A DNA stretch of 64,000 nt from a virus. The stretch is from IMG/VR virus record IMGVR_UViG_3300021197_001654, positions 9,694 to 73,693 of that record; one strand, given 5' to 3'. Below are positions 8,416 through 19,136 of this stretch, one piece after another. Under the pieces are notes generated by a model, which made no database searches, was not told the DNA's origin, and saw nothing but the letters and a program-made list of their open reading frames with translations. The position numbers were made by a program, and so were the translations under genes. Position 1 is the first letter of the stretch. Each line of letters opens with the position of its first letter.

Positions 8416-10875
8416 TTATCTGTCCTGACGATACGGAACACGGCCGAGCGGTGTTCCCTGAGTAGCGATACTTACGTCGAACGCAAAGCCAAATAACTTC
8501 AGTCGACCTAGCTCCCACGTACCGGGAATCTTAACCGCCTTATTAAACTCTTCCGCGCCAACATCATTGTCCCGATATAGCGACTCCCACACATGTTTCG
8601 ACCGGTCAAAAAAGTTAATGTCGGGAGCTATTTTCGGTTCGTCCGGGTCAGGCGGCGTAGGCGAAACCCCACCTACAAACTCAATCTCAAAAGCCCACGA
8701 GTTTGCGTTCTCGATGCCTACCGGGATCTGACGCCAGAATACTCGCGACTCTCGAGTTCTTGCCTTGCCGACAACAGCTTCTCGCGCCTGGTCAGACACG
8801 ATGCCCGAACCGTCGTCAGGACCGCAAAGGAGTAGGTCATTCATTTCCGTAAAAGGCTCCCAAGAGCCGTTCCGATAAAGACGAACGGTCGCCGTACCCA
8901 CCCAGGAGTCCAGCATCCCGACATACAGATTGCGAACATTAGTTGGGACTAAACCAAAATCACCTGAACGAAGCCAGGATGACCGGTAGCGAACTCTACG
9001 CGACGGCCCAAAATAGTCTGTCGACTGGCGATCAAGTACAAATATTCGGGCCAGGTCGACCCGATTACGAAAGTTTACCGTGGTCCCCGATGAGTCGGTT
9101 CCTGGACCAGCGACGACAATGTTTTGCTCGCGCGGGTCCGAGCCAACGGCAACGATATGGCGAGTGAAATCTTTCACGACACAAAGATCCGCGACGTGAA
9201 TACCTAAAGTCTGCCGGCGCCAGAACTCACCATCAAAGCAAAGCATGATCCGATTCTCAACTGAACCCTTCAGCGCAAGACAACAACGATACTCCTTCGA
9301 CTTCGGATCGAGGACAGATACCGCATTCTTAAACTGGCTACGGTTAAGCTCCATCTTAAATGTCTTATCTATAGAAGTACTAATTTTCATCAGCGCGTTG
9401 TTCGCACCTAAAGCATAGAACCCATCACGGCTGAGCCAGATAAGGCTACCATCAGGAGTTGCTTGAATTGAGCGTGGGCCGATGCAGCCTACGCCCGTCG
9501 AAATAGGCTTAGGAGACATAAAGTCGTCGTCGATTACGTACGTCGAGTTTTTCGTGAACGCGATAAGGTTGCCGTTGTGAGACGCCAGCCCTGTGATTGC
9601 GTCACCATCGCCGTCAGGAAAGATAAAGTCTTCGAGGGGAAAGGTGCCCGGAAATCCAACCTCTGACCGACGAACGACACCTGAGGACCCCGGAATGTTG
9701 CCGATAATCAATCGGCCTTGGTGCGCGCAGGCTACGCGGAACAAGGGTACCGAAATAGTCTCCGTCCACTCGAAGCCAAGCTCTACGTCGGCAGCGTTGT
9801 CGTCATAAAAGAATTGCCTCGACCCAGGAACACGAACGAGAAACCGAGGAATCGCGTCAGAGTGAAGCGTGTCCGGCGTCCGAAAGATTCTTGTGGCGAC
9901 TGTGTGCTCAGGAAGATCACCTGGCGACCGGACCAGAAACCGCCGAGTAAGGTCATCAATTTCCGTCCCTTCGGGCAGCGTGTGCGGGCCGGTCGTTTTA
10001 CCGCCGGAAATCAACTTTTGTAACGGCCTCTCGTCGTCATCGTCGTAAGCCACAGGCTCGAGAGATATCCCCCGAAAAGGCTCTGCTTGATTCGTGTGAA
10101 CCGTCGCGGCCTCGCTAGGAACAGATATCTCGGACAAGTTCCCGTTGATGTCCTCATACTGGAAGTAATAAAACCACGAACCCTTAAGCAACGCAGCGGC
10201 CTGACCAGTAAGCTCATCGCCTGCGGTGCCGATTCTTCCCTGCCACGAATAACCCTTAGAATTAGGGTAATAATTCACCGCATCATCAGCGCTCGGCTGA
10301 CTCGGCGAAGATACTCCAGGAGCGGCAGCTTTGCGACTGTATCCCAACGGCGTGGCCGAGTTATCCGAAGTAATTACTTGCGGTCGATCGACACCGTTGA
10401 AGTAAACAATTTGATCGTTAATAACAACGAACTGATCCAACGTCTCCGGATTAACCTGGGTACTTAGATTGCTCAGCAAGACTTGATCGGGACTATCATG
10501 ACCTCCGCTGAAAGAGTACAGCCTCGATCCGATGCGGTAGAGGAGCATCCGGGCTCCACCGTTTAATAGCTCCGCAGAAAACACGGCTTTCGGTACACCG
10601 GTTTTAAACCCGTAGTCCGGAACTTTATCCATCCACGGAGTAGTTAAATCGTTAACGTCAATAGAGACGTCCTCGAAAGCTGAACCATCCGCAGTGACAT
10701 AAATTTCAGGCTTGATTCTTAAAATAGAGGGCCCCACGACACTACTGAGTATGCCGTCGGGCCCAAGCTCTAAATTCTCTATGACCCACGCAAGTGGTGC
10801 GGGGGCAAAAACTTGCTTTCCCTCCCCTGGCGGGATGAAAACAGTATTTGTTTTTTGCTCCGTTGCACCAGCCAC
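8416..10875 (-). CDS. Tail nozzle / DNA-stabilisation protein (P22 gp10 / T7 gp12-like beta-propeller)
   Basis: 819 aa; HQGRLII, ITGLASHNGNLIAFTKNSTY, GVGCIGPRSI, LIWLSRDGFY segments typical of this class. Confidence 0.7.
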   Translation of the reverse strand: MAGATEQKTNTVFIPPGEGKQVFAPAPLAWVIENLELGPDGILSSVVGPSILRIKPEIYVTADGSAFEDVSIDVNDLTTPWMDKVPDYGFKTGVPKAVFSAELLNGGARMLLYRIGSRLYSFSGGHDSPDQVLLSNLSTQVNPETLDQFVVINDQIVYFNGVDRPQVITSDNSATPLGYSRKAAAPGVSSPSQPSADDAVNYYPNSKGYSWQGRIGTAGDELTGQAAALLKGSWFYYFQYEDINGNLSEISVPSEAATVHTNQAEPFRGISLEPVAYDDDDERPLQKLISGGKTTGPHTLPEGTEIDDLTRRFLVRSPGDLPEHTVATRIFRTPDTLHSDAIPRFLVRVPGSRQFFYDDNAADVELGFEWTETISVPLFRVACAHQGRLIIGNIPGSSGVVRRSEVGFPGTFPLEDFIFPDGDGDAITGLASHNGNLIAFTKNSTYVIDDDFMSPKPISTGVGCIGPRSIQATPDGSLIWLSRDGFYALGANNALMKISTSIDKTFKMELNRSQFKNAVSVLDPKSKEYRCCLALKGSVENRIMLCFDGEFWRRQTLGIHVADLCVVKDFTRHIVAVGSDPREQNIVVAGPGTDSSGTTVNFRNRVDLARIFVLDRQSTDYFGPSRRVRYRSSWLRSGDFGLVPTNVRNLYVGMLDSWVGTATVRLYRNGSWEPFTEMNDLLLCGPDDGSGIVSDQAREAVVGKARTRESRVFWRQIPVGIENANSWAFEIEFVGGVSPTPPDPDEPKIAPDINFFDRSKHVWESLYRDNDVGAEEFNKAVKIPGTWELGRLKLFGFAFDVSIATQGTPLGRVPYRQDR

Positions 10876-10888
10876 AGAATCACCTCAT

Positions 10889-11389
10889 TTAGAGTGTAAT
10901 CTCATACTGCTTCTGCTTCCACGCAGAGGACAGTTTATCGTAAATGCCCTGAGTCCCCTTAAGGGTGGGCTGTGACTTCAGAACTCTCGACCGCCAAGAC
11001 ATGTACTTCTCGTCCGTCCACGGCGCGGGAATGTCGAAAATCTTAGCCTGGAAGTCGTTCTGAGCCTCTTCGGGGTCCTCGACGGCTGCCTCGACGCTGT
11101 CGTCACGCAAAGCGCTCACAGGCGGCACCCAGCCGACTCGAGCTTTATCGTAGACCCAACCCATCGGCATCCAATCATGGACCGACCGGTGCTCTACAGC
11201 ACCACTGACAAACTCAATCCCGTTCTTAGTCATCAACGTCGCCGTCCACTGCTCAGACGTGGGAGATGCGCCAAGAACACTTACCACCATGGCTTCTTCG
11301 TATTGATTGACCAGGGTAAGCCGGTGCATGACCTGACCGACGCTAACACGGGGAATGGAGCTTAGAGTTGAGTAAAAAGTTTGAGCCAT
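10889..11389 (-). CDS. Hypothetical protein
   Basis: 166 aa ORF with GAGG RBS. Confidence 0.75.
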   Translation of the reverse strand: MAQTFYSTLSSIPRVSVGQVMHRLTLVNQYEEAMVVSVLGASPTSEQWTATLMTKNGIEFVSGAVEHRSVHDWMPMGWVYDKARVGWVPPVSALRDDSVEAAVEDPEEAQNDFQAKIFDIPAPWTDEKYMSWRSRVLKSQPTLKGTQGIYDKLSSAWKQKQYEITL

Positions 11390-11407
11390 AAATACCTCTT
11401 TTAATTT

Positions 11408-13165
11408 CTATGAAGAACTGAACGTACCGTAACGGTGCCTACTGGAATAACCCAAAATAGGTACCGGTTCGACAACTCTACCAGAATTAGCGTATCTATC
11501 CCTAAACACGCGAAGTAAATCTTGGTACCGGGACAAATGAGCTTGAGCACTCACTTGGTCGTTACCGTCTGACAAACTGACATAGTACAGAGCCAACTCA
11601 AGTAGCGTCGGAATAGACTCCGGATGAATCGGTGCTGTGTCCGCGTCCGTGAGAAACGGCTTCGGCAATCGAGACACACGAAAGTCTACCTCATACCTCG
11701 AGTCTTGATGAGGGAAGACCTTCCATGCGTAGTAACCAGTACTGTGCTTCAATGTTCGATGATAGTCGTAAAGCTCTTTACCCGTCCAGACGATCCTCGC
11801 CGCCGTACTGTCTGACGTTCCAAGCTTACCGATCTCTTCCGGCAACTCGACCCCAGTAGACGTGATCGTCGTGACCATATCAAACGTCGGCTCGACCTCA
11901 CAAAGAAGGTGAAACCTAGAATTGGTCTCGACGTCGTTAAACTTACCGATACCTTTAGACTCGGCATCAAGGTGCGCCACGTAGTAGCGAATCCTGAGGC
12001 CCGTACGCCCGTACCGCTTGTACGCAGAGTCACCAAACCCCAGCATGGCATCAATATTCGCCGCCGAGATGACCATCGCTGCCGCGTCACCAGACTCATC
12101 AGACTGCTTAATTGTAGTTATCGGCGACGGAGCGCTCTCAAACTGCGGGTCGTGGATGCCTGAGTACTGGTTCTCACCAGAAAGGACTGTACCCTTCTTA
12201 TAGGCCCACGTTAGGCCGTACGAGCTATCTTGCTCAACGTCGCCACCAGGAGTAACCAACGGTGATTGCTGCCATTCCTCGTCGCGTCGACCTAAAACAT
12301 AGGTGTAGCAAACTGCCCAAGTCCCTCGGCGAAGACTTAAATCGTTCACCCACTTAAACGCGTCGGGAATCGGCGCGGGCGATTTCTTCAGGATTCCGCT
12401 ATCCCGAACGGCATCCGCTGACTGGTGCCGCGGCTGGTTAGCTTCCATAACCTTCGGCGCCTCTGTCGGTGCGGGAAGCTGGAAATGGCGGCCTCGCCAA
12501 CACCGGTAGGGCTTACCCGTTGAATTACCTTGATAGTCCAACATGTCTTGCCGGCTTGCGCCTGCCGTATCAAGCTTCCACATCTGCTGACGAGATCCGT
12601 CAAAGAGGGTCGCGGGCTCCATGACCTCAATTACATCGTCAGCGACGAAAAATTCAGGCTGGTGAATCCTAAACTTAAGTGCTCCCGCGCCTGAATTGTT
12701 CGCAATCAACTCATTATACGGACGATCCAAAGTAACACCATAAGTGACAGCCTCACCTGCCGTGTACTGGAACCACTCGAGACACTGCCTTCGGTGAATC
12801 CGGCCCGTGGCATCGGTGATCTCGATATGCATCAAGCCATCCCACTCACCCGTCACCGTCGGCTTCCAGGTCGTAAGCGTAGACGCATCAATTTTAGTGC
12901 CTGCAGTATCTACGAACTCAAGCAGGCGCTTGTCGCTATCGAGAGACACCACCCGAGACACAACAGTCGCGTCGGTACTGACCACATCAGGGTACAGAAC
13001 AATATGTTCCTCATCGGGAAGAAGCGCTTCCGGAACGTCATTCGACATTCGGTTGAGGGCGACATTTAAAGCTCGCCGAACACGTTTGTCTTGGGTCTCA
13101 CCACTCGAATCCCAAGATCGCATGGCATACAATTGCTCTTTCAATTGAGCTAACGAAACGTCCAT
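11408..13165 (-). CDS. Head-tail adaptor (tail tubular A-like) with large insertion
   Basis: N-terminal SLAQLKEQL...ALNVALNRM and C-terminal DTAPIHPESIPTLLELALYY adaptor-like helices; GGAGG RBS. Confidence 0.6.
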   Translation of the reverse strand: MDVSLAQLKEQLYAMRSWDSSGETQDKRVRRALNVALNRMSNDVPEALLPDEEHIVLYPDVVSTDATVVSRVVSLDSDKRLLEFVDTAGTKIDASTLTTWKPTVTGEWDGLMHIEITDATGRIHRRQCLEWFQYTAGEAVTYGVTLDRPYNELIANNSGAGALKFRIHQPEFFVADDVIEVMEPATLFDGSRQQMWKLDTAGASRQDMLDYQGNSTGKPYRCWRGRHFQLPAPTEAPKVMEANQPRHQSADAVRDSGILKKSPAPIPDAFKWVNDLSLRRGTWAVCYTYVLGRRDEEWQQSPLVTPGGDVEQDSSYGLTWAYKKGTVLSGENQYSGIHDPQFESAPSPITTIKQSDESGDAAAMVISAANIDAMLGFGDSAYKRYGRTGLRIRYYVAHLDAESKGIGKFNDVETNSRFHLLCEVEPTFDMVTTITSTGVELPEEIGKLGTSDSTAARIVWTGKELYDYHRTLKHSTGYYAWKVFPHQDSRYEVDFRVSRLPKPFLTDADTAPIHPESIPTLLELALYYVSLSDGNDQVSAQAHLSRYQDLLRVFRDRYANSGRVVEPVPILGYSSRHRYGTFSSS

Positions 13166-13173
13166 AGAGCCTC

Positions 13174-13213
13174 CAAAAGACGAAAGGGGCGCAGCCCGAA
13201 AGCCACGCCCCCT
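13174..13213 (-). terminator. Intrinsic terminator after capsid/decoration genes
   Basis: Minus strand GGGGCGTGGC-TTTCGG-GCTGCGCCCC followed by TTTCGTCTTTT. Confidence 0.7.
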
Positions 13214-13235
13214 AAGTGTATCACGTAGTCAGATG

Positions 13236-13853
13236 CTACGGGATGTTGATGTACGCCTGAACAAACGTGTCCAGCGTTATGCCCTCACCCTCAAGGGCGA
13301 CACCGATTGCAGTACCTGCAGCGCCGTCATCATCGACCATGCCGTCAGTACCTTGAGAAGCGAGAGGCTCCCCGGCGGCAGTAACGTCTGCGTTGCAGAG
13401 AACGACACAGGTGCCCTTCTTGATGATCCAACCATAAGACCCAGCAGCGATGTCGTTATCAGCAACACCAGCAAGAGTCTGAAGGATTTGATCCGCAGTA
13501 GTTGCCCGATCAATAGCGTAGGCGATCCCGTGGTCGAAATCCCACTCACATAGATCACCCGCTGTGATTGCAGTCTTTGCGTAGACAAAGACCCACTCAC
13601 GATCACCGCCGAGAAGGGCAAAGTTCTTAGTGCGATCAACACCAGAGTTGCCCATGCCAGCTTCATCACCAGTCAGGATGGTTGAAGTTGCTGCTGGTGT
13701 CGACTGCGACAAACCAGACTCAACTTCGTCCGCCAACTGCATCCGAGTCGCGCCCAAGGCATACTGCTCAGTAGTGTAGGTAGAAGAAAAACCTGATTGA
13801 GCGCCGACGCTGTTAGCGACGTCACCACCAGTACTAAAAGAATTTCCAGCCAT
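13236..13853 (-). CDS. Capsid decoration/cement protein
   Basis: Directly follows MCP; REWVFVYA...AGVADNDIAAGSYGWIIKKG...IGVALE pattern; GGAGG RBS before ATG 13853. Confidence 0.7.
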   Translation of the reverse strand: MAGNSFSTGGDVANSVGAQSGFSSTYTTEQYALGATRMQLADEVESGLSQSTPAATSTILTGDEAGMGNSGVDRTKNFALLGGDREWVFVYAKTAITAGDLCEWDFDHGIAYAIDRATTADQILQTLAGVADNDIAAGSYGWIIKKGTCVVLCNADVTAAGEPLASQGTDGMVDDDGAAGTAIGVALEGEGITLDTFVQAYINIP

Positions 13854-13864
13854 GATGTACCTCC

Positions 13865-14914
13865 TTAGACCGCGCCGCCAGACACACATCCCTGCGCCAC
13901 TAGCTTGGTGCAGATCAGGTTGCCTTGCATTGCAAAGATTGCTGTCACCACGTCTTGATCGCCAACCCGTTCCTTGAACTCCGAGACACTCGGGGCTTCA
14001 AGCATTGGGAACTCGATGTAATCCGTGTTGAGCATATAAGTAACGCCGTCAGCAGCGACACCAGTGAAGTCTGCACGATCAAGGTCGATCGAAGATGTAA
14101 CAGAAGCAATTCCGAGGCTGAGGCCCAGGGTGTTGCTCTTGTCGATCTTGTCATCAACGATGCTCACGCGAACGTTCTGGCTACGCTCCTCTTCGAAGTT
14201 GGTGTAGGTATCATCGTCCATGAAAATCATGTCCGGACCCTTACCAATTCCGCCCGCGTAGTGCGAGCACTGGCGGTAAGCCTTACGAAGCTTGTTCATA
14301 CCTTCACCTGACCAGGTGCCAATGTCTTGGAACTGGTTGTAGTGGAAGTAACTGCTGCTCTTCGCCACGTTCTGAACAGTGTCAGTCTGGGTAGCTGGAG
14401 TCGCAAAGTCAAGAAGGCCATTCGTAACGCCAGTTCCGATACCGGCACTAAAGTCACCGTTGAGAGTCAGCATTCCCTGAAGCTCAGACGTGTTGAAAGC
14501 AAGACCGCGACTCACACCAGTGAGAAGGAACTTGTTCAAGTCAGCCTTTGCAGCTTCCATGGAAGTCTGAGGATACTCTTCGATTAGACGAATGATTGCC
14601 AACTTACCTGAGTTCTGAGCAAGCTCACGCTTAGGAATGTTGATTGCCATAACCAGACGATGAGGCTCGACCTCAAACTTCCGGATTTGTTGACGGCGGG
14701 TCATGTTCAGTAGTTCGTCACCAACGTAGACACCAACACCGCGAGCAGGAGCGCCGCCGGAGAAGGAACGTTCAATCTTTGTTCCGCCTTCCATGGGCAT
14801 ACGTGCTTTTGAGTTAAGTGCTTCGAAAAGCTCATTACTACGAACAAACGAGTTTACTAGTGGTCCGCGAAGGTCCGCGAACGTAGTGTTCAGCAGTTCA
14901 GTACTGATAGACAT
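13865..14914 (-). CDS. Major capsid protein (HK97 fold), 349 aa
   Basis: MSISTELLNTT...EGGTKIERS...YMLNTDYIEF...MQGNLICT; size and position; start moved to ATG 14914. Confidence 0.82.
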   Translation of the reverse strand: MSISTELLNTTFADLRGPLVNSFVRSNELFEALNSKARMPMEGGTKIERSFSGGAPARGVGVYVGDELLNMTRRQQIRKFEVEPHRLVMAINIPKRELAQNSGKLAIIRLIEEYPQTSMEAAKADLNKFLLTGVSRGLAFNTSELQGMLTLNGDFSAGIGTGVTNGLLDFATPATQTDTVQNVAKSSSYFHYNQFQDIGTWSGEGMNKLRKAYRQCSHYAGGIGKGPDMIFMDDDTYTNFEEERSQNVRVSIVDDKIDKSNTLGLSLGIASVTSSIDLDRADFTGVAADGVTYMLNTDYIEFPMLEAPSVSEFKERVGDQDVVTAIFAMQGNLICTKLVAQGCVSGGAV

Positions 14915-15134
14915 TTTGTTCTCACATAAAGTAGTTAGAAAATTTAAACGATTTCCCGCCTGCCCTGTACGTTCGCCGGACTCAATTGAGCTACCCGACC
15001 GCAAATTGGGTGCGTATATTTTGTTTACATTACATAGACTAATAGTGCAAGTAACTAATTCAGTAAGATTTCTACGCGGTTACCCGATTGAGCCTATTCA
15101 ACCACCGAACCCCTTCGTCGAAAATAGATTTACG

Positions 15135-15157
15135 TGATAAACTTACCGTATGGCTAA
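15135..15157 (+). promoter_or_regulatory. Extended -10 promoter (TGaTAAACT) for a probably leaderless terL mRNA, overlapped by operator-like TTACC-N5-GCTAA
   Basis: -10 ends 6 nt before the ATG; no SD upstream. Confidence 0.5.
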
Positions 15158-16799
15158 CACAAAGAAAAAAGAAGCTAAGCAGCATAGCGGCGCAAAGTTT
15201 GCCGAAGCCCCAGGACTACATCAAGGAAAAATTAGGGCGCTATTCGCAACACCCGATGCGTTCGTCTCAATGTGTCAAATTGTCCGAGAAGACGAGTCTA
15301 CAGGCTACATGGAGCCTACGCATACGCAAAAGAAACTCTTAAAAGCATACGACGAGAACCGCTGGCTTATGGTGAACAAGTTTCGCCAAGCGAAGATTAC
15401 AACCGTATCCGTCATGTTGCTGCTTCGAGACTGCATGTACCTCAGCGGAGTCAAGGGGCTGCTTATCGCTGAGCGCCAAGATACCGCAGAGGATATTTTT
15501 GAGCGCATACTGTTCGCTTACAACAAGCTCCCAGATGATGTTCGAATGCCGCTGACACCGGGCAAGAAAGCTGGCGCCACACAGATGCAGTTTGTACACG
15601 GCGGCGGAATTAAAGTTCTGACTGCCGGTGGTAGGTCTCCCGCGATCGGACGCTCAATTGACCGCCTGGTCATCACTGAGTTCGGTGAAGCGCAATGGCA
15701 ACGCAAGGCAGCCATCAACATCTTCCCGACGGTCAACAAGAGGCCCAACGCAAAGGTCATCCTTGAGTCGACGCCAGGCAGAGCCGGATCACACCACGAA
15801 CAGATGTGGCGCTCGGCGCTCGAGGGATCCAGTCGATTCCACCCACTGTTCCTTGAGTGGTGGGAAGACGATAGCTGCCGAGAGATGGAAGAAGATTTTA
15901 CGCCTAGCGTAACTGAACTTGAATATATGAAACGCCACGCGGGGATGAGTAAATATAATCTCGCATTCCGAAGGCGAGGTCTCAATACAGAGTTTGTCGG
16001 GGATACCCGGCTGTTCTCATGTAAGTACCCGTCAGACCCCTACGACGGGTGGCTAGGAACAACAAATCCCGTCATGCCGGCAGAAGTACTTAAGCCTTGG
16101 TTGGCTAAGGCAAAAGCTGACCCGCCAATGTCCATGCACGGGTGCCACGAGTTCGACGCACCGATCCCCGGAAGAAAATATCTAATCACCGCTGATCCTG
16201 CAGGCTTCGGTAGCACAGGCGATAAATCTGCGCTGACTGTGTGGGACGCCCAAGACTGGCGGGAAGTTGCTTTCTGGGAGGATCGAGAAACTCCCGACCG
16301 ATTCGGGCAAAGGCTGGTACGAATACAAAAACGATACAACCAGGCATTGTTGGCCGTAGAGTCAAACGCAACTGCATGTATCGCTATCCTCAAGGACCAG
16401 GGCACTCGGAACCTTTTGTGGACGGACAGAAACCACCCAGGCTGGTACGCAACTCAAAAACGAGTGCAGGAATCTGAAGCCCGACTTGTGCAAATGCTCC
16501 GCGAAGGAGACATTTATATCCGCAGTCGCGGAACCTTACATCAACTACTAAACTATGACGGCTCAAAGAAGAAGCGCGTGCGTGGCGAAGACGGAATACT
16601 CCACCACTTCGACCGCGCGAGGACCGCTGTCATGGCCGCTGATATACTGTCGAAACGAAAGTTTAGCGCACCGCCGAAAGAAACCGGACCCACACACACC
16701 GCCGGACAAGTTACAATTAGGCAGCTTGACCAACACAAACACGCTAAGCAACAGCAAGCCACATCACCATTTAAACCCGCATCACTAAACTGGTCGTAG
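15150..16799 (+). CDS. terL: Terminase large subunit
   Basis: Walker A KFRQAKITT, Walker B variant LVITE, motif III ESTP, nuclease ADPAG...DKSA, LAVESN, HHFDR. Confidence 0.93.
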   Translation: MANTKKKEAKQHSGAKFAEAPGLHQGKIRALFATPDAFVSMCQIVREDESTGYMEPTHTQKKLLKAYDENRWLMVNKFRQAKITTVSVMLLLRDCMYLSGVKGLLIAERQDTAEDIFERILFAYNKLPDDVRMPLTPGKKAGATQMQFVHGGGIKVLTAGGRSPAIGRSIDRLVITEFGEAQWQRKAAINIFPTVNKRPNAKVILESTPGRAGSHHEQMWRSALEGSSRFHPLFLEWWEDDSCREMEEDFTPSVTELEYMKRHAGMSKYNLAFRRRGLNTEFVGDTRLFSCKYPSDPYDGWLGTTNPVMPAEVLKPWLAKAKADPPMSMHGCHEFDAPIPGRKYLITADPAGFGSTGDKSALTVWDAQDWREVAFWEDRETPDRFGQRLVRIQKRYNQALLAVESNATACIAILKDQGTRNLLWTDRNHPGWYATQKRVQESEARLVQMLREGDIYIRSRGTLHQLLNYDGSKKKRVRGEDGILHHFDRARTAVMAADILSKRKFSAPPKETGPTHTAGQVTIRQLDQHKHAKQQQATSPFKPASLNWS

Positions 16800-16807
16800 G
16801 AAATAAT

Positions 16808-17038
16808 ATGAAATTCGGTAACAAAATGTACGGTGCCAAAGAAGCACACGCCGCTAAAACCAGCGCGAAAACGCACGACAAGAAAATGCGCTCAGCCGCG
16901 CTGAATAAATCGGAAGACGAGCCTAAGGAGAAGAAGCCTAAGAAGAAGCCTATTGCAGGGCCCATCAAAACTCCGATCATCGCTACGGGTGATTCTCCGA
17001 GAGATCCGAAATCGCCTCCGGCGGCACCTAAGAAGTAA
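16808..17038 (+). CDS. Small Lys-rich protein
   Basis: 76 aa, AGGA RBS, fills gap between terL and portal. Confidence 0.7.
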   Translation: MKFGNKMYGAKEAHAAKTSAKTHDKKMRSAALNKSEDEPKEKKPKKKPIAGPIKTPIIATGDSPRDPKSPPAAPKK

Positions 17039-17040
17039 TC

Positions 17041-18828
17041 ATGGCGTCCAAACTATCAAAGCTGATTGATCGTCACCTAGACTTCTACAAGAGGTCCGAG
17101 AAGACTTCGTTCGATAAGGCCCGAAGGTTCTATCGGGGTGACTTTTTCGCCAACACAGATAGTGACATGGGCGGCACGCGCATGGACTCGTATCTATGCT
17201 CGAAGAACTTAATCTACGCTATCGCAGACACCGCCGTTAGCGCACTGCTCGGACCCAATCCGACAGTCGCGGCGGTAGCTAGGACACCAAAATCACAAGA
17301 TTCGGCAACGTCTGTGTCCGGTCTTCTTGAGTACATCTTCCGATCTAACAAATTCCGACGTAAGGCATCAACCGCTCTAATTGACGCTGTTTTATGTAAG
17401 CGCGGAATCTTTAAGACCGGCTGGGATGCTGATCGAGACATGCCGATTGTCCGAGCCGTAAACCCATCATCGATATTCTTCGACCTCACCGTGAGAGACC
17501 CTGATGACATCAGGTACTGGATCGAGGCGACCGTCATTTCGTTCGATGAATTTAAGGATCGAGTAAGATCAGGTCTATACAAAGCCGAGCTTGTTAAAGA
17601 CGTAACGCCTGATCGGTACCCAAAATGGTTGATGGATCGCAATCAACAGAGCGACACACAGTCTGTGCGTGACGCGTTCCAGTGGGTCACGATTTACGAG
17701 TACTACGACCGCGAAGGCGGCACAATCCAGCATTACGTTAAGCAAGCTGACGCCATCGTATTCGAAGACAAGATCGACTACATCCCGTACTCAATGTTTA
17801 GCTTGAACCAGTCAGGTATCGACTGCTTGGGCTTAAGTGAAGTTCAACTTGTCCTTAAGCAACAAGAGACAATCAACGATCTGCTCACCCACATGAAGCA
17901 AATCACATATCTTCAGATTCCGCGAATCCTGTACGATTCCGGTCGACTCTCAGAAGAAGATCTGAATAAGGCCGTCGAAGCTAGCGCGGGCTCATTTATC
18001 GGTATCAACCCGTCTAATAGCGAGGCTCTACGCACACTTGCTACGCTGTTCTACGAAATGCCACAGCCTCAAAACCCTCAGGGTGTACAGGAGTTTGTTG
18101 CCCGCCAGGAAGACGACGCTGCGTTTATCTCTGCGCTTGCCGAGGCTGCTCGCGGCCAGGTTGTCGGCGCCCGCACAGCAACCGAGATGGCGATTATCGA
18201 CGCTCAAATGCGAACACGACTTGCGACGAGAGAGGGGCATCTCAACGACGCAATCGAAGATGTTGCGCGGAAGGCGTTCTACCTCAGCAAAAAGTACATG
18301 CGGGAACCTCGCCTTATTCGTATCGCAGGTGACCGAGGCTGGGCTCAGCTAGCCCACAAAGACTTGATGGATGTACAGGTCGACTTCGAAATGGTCTCCT
18401 ACAACCCGATTCGTAAGAACCCAAGCGTCATGCTCGAGAGCTTGCTTCAACTGATCCCATTCCTGGTAGACAACGAAAATGTCGACATCAGAAAGCTTAC
18501 CGAAGAAGTTATCTCGGGTATGGGCTTGTCACGCAGAATCATTATCCCAGAGGCCGAGCTTCAAGAAATGCAGGCCGAGATGATGGAGCAACAAGGTGGG
18601 GCTGTAGAGGCTCAAGCCCAGGCGGCCCTTGGCGGTGCTGCGGGCGGCCAACCGTTCCTCGAAGCGCAACAGATGCAGCAGATCCAAGCGACTATGGCTC
18701 AGTTACCGCTCGAAGACCAGGTTAGGATGGCGAAGGAAATCGAGCAGAAAACGGGTATCTCGATACCGCTACCGCCTGGATTGGCTGAGCCCGGTCAGCC
18801 TGCGGTACCCGCCGAAGGAAGTAACTAG
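17041..18828 (+). CDS. Portal protein
   Basis: 595 aa after terL; KNLIYAIAD, GIFKTGWD, ARTATEMAI motif, Gln-rich C-terminal barrel. Confidence 0.9.
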   Translation: MASKLSKLIDRHLDFYKRSEKTSFDKARRFYRGDFFANTDSDMGGTRMDSYLCSKNLIYAIADTAVSALLGPNPTVAAVARTPKSQDSATSVSGLLEYIFRSNKFRRKASTALIDAVLCKRGIFKTGWDADRDMPIVRAVNPSSIFFDLTVRDPDDIRYWIEATVISFDEFKDRVRSGLYKAELVKDVTPDRYPKWLMDRNQQSDTQSVRDAFQWVTIYEYYDREGGTIQHYVKQADAIVFEDKIDYIPYSMFSLNQSGIDCLGLSEVQLVLKQQETINDLLTHMKQITYLQIPRILYDSGRLSEEDLNKAVEASAGSFIGINPSNSEALRTLATLFYEMPQPQNPQGVQEFVARQEDDAAFISALAEAARGQVVGARTATEMAIIDAQMRTRLATREGHLNDAIEDVARKAFYLSKKYMREPRLIRIAGDRGWAQLAHKDLMDVQVDFEMVSYNPIRKNPSVMLESLLQLIPFLVDNENVDIRKLTEEVISGMGLSRRIIIPEAELQEMQAEMMEQQGGAVEAQAQAALGGAAGGQPFLEAQQMQQIQATMAQLPLEDQVRMAKEIEQKTGISIPLPPGLAEPGQPAVPAEGSN

Positions 18829-19136
18829 TGGCACTGTCTAAACGCGATAAGATACGGAAGGCAAGCTTACTTAAGAAGCACCGACTAAAAGGTGTGAATA
18901 AGCCAAAGCGTACGCCAGATCACCCGACAAAGAGCCACATCGTACTGGCCCAAGAAGGGAGTCAGTTGAAGTTGATTCGCTTCGGGGAGCAGGGCGCGAG
19001 CACTGCGGGTAAGCCGAAGTCCGGTGAATCGGATCGCATGAAAAAGAAGCGCAAGAGCTTTAAGTCGCGTCATCAAAAGAACATCGCCAAGGGCAAGATG
19101 AGTGCTGCATACTGGGCTGACAAGGCGAAGTGGTAA
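18828..19136 (+). CDS. Small basic conserved phage protein (DUF5754-like)
   Basis: KLIRFGEQG...RKSFKSRH...SAAYWADKAKW. Confidence 0.7.
   Translation: MALSKRDKIRKASLLKKHRLKGVNKPKRTPDHPTKSHIVLAQEGSQLKLIRFGEQGASTAGKPKSGESDRMKKKRKSFKSRHQKNIAKGKMSAAYWADKAKW

Noticed and set aside
14975-15000. tRNA-like GGGTAGCTCAATTG on minus strand in the MCP leader
   Set aside because: No T-arm (GTTCRA), anticodon arm or acceptor stem
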